From Candidatus Obscuribacteraceae bacterium (GTDB taxonomy: Bacteria; Cyanobacteriota; Vampirovibrionia; Obscuribacterales; Obscuribacteraceae), in contig JBGAHS010000002.1 in NCBI GenBank assembly GCA_044226015.1, forward strand, positions 256,001 to 320,000: a DNA stretch of 64,000 nucleotides. The letters run 5' to 3'. Shown here piece by piece: positions 58,801 through 64,000 of the stretch; within the stretch, counting starts at the first letter, position 1, and the number at the start of each line of letters is the position of its first letter. The position numbers and the translations under genes are program-made. A model generated the notes under the pieces. It searched no databases, had not been told where the DNA came from, and saw only the letters and a list, made by a program, of their open reading frames with translations.

Positions 58801-61800
58801 GGCGGCGCAGGAGCCAGCGGCTCAGTGGCAGGCGGTGGTGGCGGCGGTGGAGCTTACGGCATGCCGGGCTTCGGTGGCACGTCAAATTCCACATCAGCCG
58901 GAGGCGGTGGCGCAGGCGGAGGACTGGTAGGTGCTTTCGGTGGACCGCGCACATCATCGATGATAGCCGAATTACGAAATGGCAATGGTGCTTCAGGCGG
59001 TGTTTCGGCACCTGGTGGCAGTGTCGGCATCATCGGAGGAGGTGGTGGCGGCGGCACCGGGTCATCAGGCACTGGCGGCAATGGTGGCGACATGGGCGCA
59101 GCGGGCTCTGGTTCTGGCGCGATAGCCGGAGGCGCTGCTGGAGCAGGTGGCAGCATCTCGATCACCGCAAAAACAGCAGTTGTTCAGTCGACAGTTTCAG
59201 GATTTTTTGGCAGCCTTTCTGCCACCAATGGAACGTCCTCAGTTCTATCAGCTGGAACGAACGGGACAGTGACAATAAGCACCAATGAAGGTTCAGTGAG
59301 CGCGGCGTCAACCTACAGCTCGCTCGCGGATTACAGCAGCGGCACTCGCACTGAAAGCCTTCTCGTTTCTGCTGGCTTCGAAGTGGGCTCGACAAAGGGC
59401 GGCAATGGTTCTTCTGGGGGCATATTAGCTGGTTCACAAGCTAATTCAATCACTATAAATGGAACTGGAAATTCAGGCTCTCTCAGCTCGGGAATTTTCT
59501 TCTCCAACGGAACAGCCTCGGTCACCATCATTGAGAACTCCCTCCCCGTAGTCTTTTCTGGTACTGCAAAGGTAACACCAGCTGAACTCATAGCCATCAA
59601 TCAAGTTTTACTCGGTGGCGGTCAAACCATAGTTTTAGATGCAAATGGAGCCGCTGTCGGCGGCAGTTTATCCATAAACTCCGGCAACATACCTGCGGGT
59701 GGGTTCACTAAACTTGTTTTACCACCAAGCGTCACGCTTACAGACAACGTTGCTGAACTCAGCTTTTCGGATAGTGTCACCATCAATGGAAGCTTCCTTT
59801 ACGCAGGCAGCAATGGCACCGCTACGATCACAACCCCGTTGTTCATTAACAATGGCAGCGTCTCACCTACAGGCGGCGCAACAAACCTGCTCATACAGAG
59901 CACTGCCGGAAGCAATCTAGAAATCGGTGGCAACGGCACCACTAGCGCACCGGGATCTCTGTCATTCACTGCCAGTGGTGGCGCACTGAACATCACAGGA
60001 AATGTCCACGTAAACAGCCCCAGCGTGACGATAAATGCAGGAGATGCAGTTGGCATCGCTCCTTCAGCCTCCTTTACGCTTAACACTGGAAACGTACTAA
60101 GCGTAAACACAGGCCTTATATTCAACTCTGCTGGATTTCTTGGAGGAACGCAGAACTTCAACCTGGCGCCAGCCGGCTCAGCAATTGGAACGATTGCAAA
60201 CTCAAATGGCGATGTTATTCTTGCTGCCAACCAGTTCATAAATAGCGCTGGAAAGAGCGTACTGATCATCGCTTCTGGAAACATCATTGGAAGCAAGCTC
60301 AGCTCAATAAATCTCTCGAATACCAAGGGAAAAGGCGGTAGTCTAATCGCCCTGGCAGGTTTTTCTTTCACTCCAGCGACGATCGGTCAAATCACAGATT
60401 TGAACCAACTATTTACTGTGTCTTCTGTTTCAGCAACTGGTGGTAGCATCAATCTTGCCAAAACCAGCATCAATACATCCAGTACTTTCAAATCAGCAAC
60501 GAACAGCGATGCCGGAAGTATCACCTTGCTAGGCAACGCAGTGGCGGGAGGCAACTCTGGTGTAGTCGTAACTGGTGCAATTAATGCTAGCTCAGTGTCA
60601 GGCAAAGGTGGAACGTTCAGGGTATTCGCCCCTGGTGGAGCGACCATAAACGGCGCTATTAACACAAAAGGAGCCAGCGGTGGCGGTGCGGTTTTATTGT
60701 CCGCCGCGCCATATACAAATGGATCTATTCAGGTACTTGGCGGATTCCTTTCGCCATCTGCTAACTTGCAGGCAGCCAGTCCAGCAGATGGAGCCGCTGC
60801 ATCTATCCTCATAAACGGCACTGTTAGCAGTTCTTCAAGCAACGGCGCCGGCGGCGCAGTAACACTCTCGGCTGACTCATTCATTCAGGTCAACGGAGCT
60901 ATCGACAGCAGCGCTCGCACCAGCGGCGGTGCGATAACAATCAACTCATTAAATGGCACAGTCAGCTTAGCTAATCTGAACTCGAGTGGACTGGCTGGCA
61001 GCAGCACCCTAACGACTGGTTCTGCAGGCAACATAAGTGTCAGTGCCTCATCGTTCATTTCAATCAAAGGCAATCTAAGCGCGAGCGGTGGCAGTACAAG
61101 TATTGCAAGACAGAATGCAGGTTCTGGCGCAAACATTAGTCTACAGACTTCCAACCGAGACTCATTGAGTGGATTCTACGTCGGCAACATTTCGGTAAGC
61201 GGCTATCTAAGCAGTGCCGGAGGAAACGCACTAGCTAAAACTTCGGGAGGAAAAGGCGGCAACGCAGGCGCCATAGACCTGAAGGCTGGCTATCTACAAG
61301 TCAAAGGAAAGAGCGGCGCTAACAGCATCATTGCGAGTGCAGGTAGCGGCTTTGCAGGAAAAGGAAGCTCCGGTTCCGTCAGTTTGAGCACCTATGCAAC
61401 TCAAGCGATTCCCACAAACTTTGACCTCTTGAGCAAAGTCGCCAGCGAATATGCGTTGCCTGGAGGAGTCTTTAATGTGGGCGCCGGAAGCGCTGTCGTC
61501 AACGGAACAGCAGGTTCAATTGTCAGCGGTACTGATACATTCAGCATAAGCAATGCAGCAGCGTTAAGCAAAAGCAGCAACGTACAGGGCAGACTTTCGG
61601 TCACCATTGGCGGTGGCGCACAACAATTAGACTATGAAGGACAACAGGTCAGCACCGCTTCGCTCACAGGCAACATAAGAACCAAGGTCACACCAGCTGC
61701 GGCGCTTGCGCTCTATCAGCTAGCTCTGGGACAGACGCAAACAATCGGACTCAACAGTGATGGCTCACTGTCTCCACAGAACCCGCAATCCAAGATTTCG

Positions 61801-64000
61801 TCGATCACAATTCCAGGCTACGACCTGCCTCGCACATTTAGCAAATTTGTATTACAAGCCGCAGGTTCACCTTCAGAAGCAGGCGACATACAGCTCACAA
61901 TCAGTGGACAGTCGAGCCAGCTGAACATTCCATCAAGCACAATAGCAGGTTCTCTGACATTCACCGGAACGCTAAACAGTCTAAATGTAGGCACTGGTAA
62001 TTTGACCTTGCTATCAACAGCATCGATTAACTCTAGCGGAAATCTCATTTTCTCGGGAACTACGCTAAACAACGCCGGGCAAATCACCGCAAGCCAGATG
62101 GAACTGATTCGACCAGCAGCCGCAAGCAACATCATTAACAACGGCGGACATTTTAACGTTACTCAGCTGGCGCTGCCGACCTTCCATACACCATCTACAT
62201 TGAACATTTCAGAAAGCAATGGTGGCGCATTTTCTGCTCTCGTTCAGTTTGTCAGCTCCGAACTCCCAAGTGCCGCAGCAAGCAATGCTAATGTGCCAGA
62301 AGCAAGCAACAGCAAACCGGCAACAATCAACTTTAATTTGCCCGGCTCTAGTTCAACAGTTTCAGGTACCTATGTTAGCAGCGGCAAGTTAAGCCTAAAT
62401 GGTCAATCAGTTTTGATAAACGGGGTATCAACGCCGACGGGCATAGCGCTGTCAGCTCTGACCGCCAACAAACTCTCATCTGGCTTTTCCCTCTCCACCG
62501 CTGGTGCCGTACCAGTCACCAACACAACAATCAACACAGGGGCAGGGTCCATCAGCTTCAAAGCCTCAAATCTGACTATTGCCTCGACGAGCAATCTAAG
62601 CGGCTCTACCTTCACATCCACATCGGCAGCGATTACAGTTGACGGAAAAATCACAGGACAAAAGGGACTATCGATAAGCACCGGATTTGACACAACTTTA
62701 GGAGCTGGCTCCAGCTTGAGCGTTCCAAACGGAGCTATCAAAATTACAGCAAAAGGAAATGTTTCGCTAGGTGGTTCTTTGAGTGCTGGTGTCCTCAATG
62801 GCAGCCCCGGCTTCATTCGACTAAGCACAACTGATGTGCTCAGCAAAGGCTCAATCTCAGTAACAGGAGGTTCTCTCACGCTGGGAACAGCCCAGACAAT
62901 CACCGCAAATGGTGGCAATATCAACTTAAGTACAACTGCTGGGAATGCTGACCTGGGACAGAACAATTCACTTCAAGCCAACGGCGGAAATATAGTAATT
63001 CTATCCATCAGCAAGATTCAAGGCGCTACGGGAAATCAATTCTGGGCAAGTTCACTTGGCGGCACTGCACAGGCTGGCGGTGGCACAGGCGGTGGCATTG
63101 AGTTGGGCGCAGGCGTCAAGGTGAGCGCTCTGGCAAGCTCAAGCAAGCTCGCCTCTGGCACCGTTTCCGGCAACTTCGCCAGCAACTTCAACGTCGCGAA
63201 TCAATCAAACAAAAGCGGAGTCGTCAATACAAATATAAGCAACTCCGGCTCAGTAAATTTGTCGAGCAGCGGAAACAATCAAGCCAGCATGAATTTGCAA
63301 GGCGGCACAATTCTTTTCGATTCCAATGGCAGTGGAAATACAGTTTCGCTTGATGGAGCGACCTTCAATGTAACAGCCTTTAAGCCGATTGGATACAGCG
63401 AAAACAGATTCACGAATAGCCTAGAGTTAACCCGATCGGGTGAAAAAAGATTGGATAATGAAAACGACAACTTTGTTTTTGCACGAGTTTTCCTTCCAGG
63501 ATTTAAGAACTCGCAAACACTAGAAACAAAAACATTCTCCAACAAGGCATACCGTGCCTGCCTTGAGTTCAAGCGTGGGGATTTATTTGTCTGTCCTGAG
63601 CTTGAAATGAGAATTGAAACGGAACTCGCAAGCATCATGTTAAAGAAAGGTGCATTGAGCGCAATCTCTTTACACAACGGGATTCTCCGAGTTACAAACT
63701 GCTCAAACAATGGCGATGTACGCCTGAATCTTGGAGGTCAAAACATCGAGGTTTGTCCTGGTGAAGAGTTCCTCATTTCAGCATCTGGCATCAGCGATAA
63801 ATCCGCTCAAGCGCAAGATGGCATCGGGCGCAGAGAGCTCAAACATCACGGAAAAATTGCCGGGTTGCATTTGGCTTCAAGCGAGGTTTCATTGCTGACA
63901 TTAATAACTCAAACGGAACATCTGCAAGCATTGCGCAATCCTGTTCAGCCGTTCGAACAGAAGACACAATCGAGACTCTTAAAAACAGCATCAGCAATCA
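55837..64000 (+). CDS. Giant (>2700 aa) filamentous exoprotein with a CAP domain, Gly-rich tract and conserved C-terminal domain; 3' end outside the window
   Basis: Segments translated by hand in frame 1 are open, and no frame-1 ORF is listed in the track, which is consistent with no stop. Signal-like SYYSLAALSALVLLILPTAKARA; G/S/N/T-rich beta-helix-like repeats. Confidence 0.88.
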   Translation, partial: MRSSSYYSLAALSALVLLILPTAKARAQSAANYNLGSAARTRAAGLSQGQSVNITRAGQSVTIRAGSLLTPAEKVALTQVLSSGQQSLILNARGMAIGGQFSSTDLSSNIGNLGVPQGVTGYLNFSQQNSLSLSGNLLNNGSLYAFSSNPGNATGSISANNIVNYANALISSNLNSAFASSTGALPNFNLILHAVNNITNHGVISSSGSLTLSAGSSLINTPQTLTQTTQTLIQAQNNLNIITSSIINSGNLTSLASNINVSSSLQKLDFNNNSGVVSAILGDINVSNLSSSALASLNLQGGNFYSQSLNLSAASGAVEANLGEVSGWINVNACKANVGAATDNLKLGNLNITGDPTFFNSAGTLTLSNLSNTSGNALALIASHDVIVSAGTIDTTNPLGGNGGNLTIIAGANITGGSSGSNDTTTTLTITGPSATGGAIDTSGVSSINTSGTLTTTNHGGNGGNVFIAAFSGTKSGTLEPGTVNLGSSGYINTAGGGSDFTSSGRVTIMAGATADPASGAAIVLPAIYTATDPVYSQSSSSGGNVTISTATPVVSGTVTILNGAMGGTGSITAGTTQNTSVSIASRGGGASIEVQPTLAQWQIDIITQALNIVNAQRLAEDPSLPALQYSAGLSAVASQQASYLAQTGHLGHFSTLGETPTNRATVIGLSTSGCCAENAGFASGYTILDGFNVVNDMMFAEPNTSGTHHFNLVGTSASHNNYAGFGFATNGSSMYFVTDFSRNDPGAGKTNINSTPILGGLGGAPGNTPVPPVVSGSNNTVRAIGANNYLPTSIISNGNVSITAGKDLTATGSIITNGQNGIQSSSGSPRNATNAGNISITAGNNVSLFNLQAGGGIGATSNSANKGAGGAGGSINVSSSNGSISILPLNTACSPCIAVAAQGGAGGAAMASGLSGGKGGDGGTVTLTANNGNINLTAIEVGGGGGAGGAGGSTGGAGGAGGKGGNITLSASTITIQDYISASGGGGGGAGASGSVAGGGGGGGAYGMPGFGGTSNSTSAGGGGAGGGLVGAFGGPRTSSMIAELRNGNGASGGVSAPGGSVGIIGGGGGGGTGSSGTGGNGGDMGAAGSGSGAIAGGAAGAGGSISITAKTAVVQSTVSGFFGSLSATNGTSSVLSAGTNGTVTISTNEGSVSAASTYSSLADYSSGTRTESLLVSAGFEVGSTKGGNGSSGGILAGSQANSITINGTGNSGSLSSGIFFSNGTASVTIIENSLPVVFSGTAKVTPAELIAINQVLLGGGQTIVLDANGAAVGGSLSINSGNIPAGGFTKLVLPPSVTLTDNVAELSFSDSVTINGSFLYAGSNGTATITTPLFINNGSVSPTGGATNLLIQSTAGSNLEIGGNGTTSAPGSLSFTASGGALNITGNVHVNSPSVTINAGDAVGIAPSASFTLNTGNVLSVNTGLIFNSAGFLGGTQNFNLAPAGSAIGTIANSNGDVILAANQFINSAGKSVLIIASGNIIGSKLSSINLSNTKGKGGSLIALAGFSFTPATIGQITDLNQLFTVSSVSATGGSINLAKTSINTSSTFKSATNSDAGSITLLGNAVAGGNSGVVVTGAINASSVSGKGGTFRVFAPGGATINGAINTKGASGGGAVLLSAAPYTNGSIQVLGGFLSPSANLQAASPADGAAASILINGTVSSSSSNGAGGAVTLSADSFIQVNGAIDSSARTSGGAITINSLNGTVSLANLNSSGLAGSSTLTTGSAGNISVSASSFISIKGNLSASGGSTSIARQNAGSGANISLQTSNRDSLSGFYVGNISVSGYLSSAGGNALAKTSGGKGGNAGAIDLKAGYLQVKGKSGANSIIASAGSGFAGKGSSGSVSLSTYATQAIPTNFDLLSKVASEYALPGGVFNVGAGSAVVNGTAGSIVSGTDTFSISNAAALSKSSNVQGRLSVTIGGGAQQLDYEGQQVSTASLTGNIRTKVTPAAALALYQLALGQTQTIGLNSDGSLSPQNPQSKISSITIPGYDLPRTFSKFVLQAAGSPSEAGDIQLTISGQSSQLNIPSSTIAGSLTFTGTLNSLNVGTGNLTLLSTASINSSGNLIFSGTTLNNAGQITASQMELIRPAAASNIINNGGHFNVTQLALPTFHTPSTLNISESNGGAFSALVQFVSSELPSAAASNANVPEASNSKPATINFNLPGSSSTVSGTYVSSGKLSLNGQSVLINGVSTPTGIALSALTANKLSSGFSLSTAGAVPVTNTTINTGAGSISFKASNLTIASTSNLSGSTFTSTSAAITVDGKITGQKGLSISTGFDTTLGAGSSLSVPNGAIKITAKGNVSLGGSLSAGVLNGSPGFIRLSTTDVLSKGSISVTGGSLTLGTAQTITANGGNINLSTTAGNADLGQNNSLQANGGNIVILSISKIQGATGNQFWASSLGGTAQAGGGTGGGIELGAGVKVSALASSSKLASGTVSGNFASNFNVANQSNKSGVVNTNISNSGSVNLSSSGNNQASMNLQGGTILFDSNGSGNTVSLDGATFNVTAFKPIGYSENRFTNSLELTRSGEKRLDNENDNFVFARVFLPGFKNSQTLETKTFSNKAYRACLEFKRGDLFVCPELEMRIETELASIMLKKGALSAISLHNGILRVTNCSNNGDVRLNLGGQNIEVCPGEEFLISASGISDKSAQAQDGIGRRELKHHGKIAGLHLASSEVSLLTLITQTEHLQALRNPVQPFEQKTQSRLLKTASAI

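Noticed and set aside
56754..63710. Many Pro-rich minus-strand ORFs
   Set aside because: Antisense of Gly codons in the giant plus-strand gene.

Overview
Bacterial chromosomal window. The gene content and style (many secreted TPR proteins, a giant Ser/Gly/Asn-rich exoprotein, a C-family oxidase) suggest a non-photosynthetic cyanobacterial relative such as Melainabacteria/Obscuribacterales; this is inference only. Recognisable genes include tpiA, cobS, cmk, msrB, an Fe/Mn SOD, xdhABC, an MdtABC-type RND pump, a POT transporter, an ADP-ribosylglycohydrolase, an Ntn hydrolase and a patatin. A decayed accessory segment (~3.9-13.5 kb) holds an intact DUF1778/GNAT toxin-antitoxin pair between two ~185-bp diverged repeats. 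Four highlights are not evident from the ORF track. (1) A SelW/Rdx selenoprotein with an in-frame UGA in a CxxU motif and a SECIS-like hairpin (27726-28076, minus). (2) A tightly coupled five-gene operon: exported persulfide dioxygenase-rhodanese, SorAB-type sulfite dehydrogenase, a fused CcoN-CcoO-2x cytochrome c oxidase and a 50-aa peptide. It looks like a periplasmic sulfur-to-O2 electron module and lies divergent from xdhABC. (3) A >2700-aa exoprotein (55837 to the window end) with a CAP domain, a Gly-rich tract and repeated modules. (4) Its C-terminal domain also appears as a stand-alone gene at 6922-7521, a candidate lineage-specific export or anchoring domain. No rRNA, tRNA, CRISPR array or transposase was seen.
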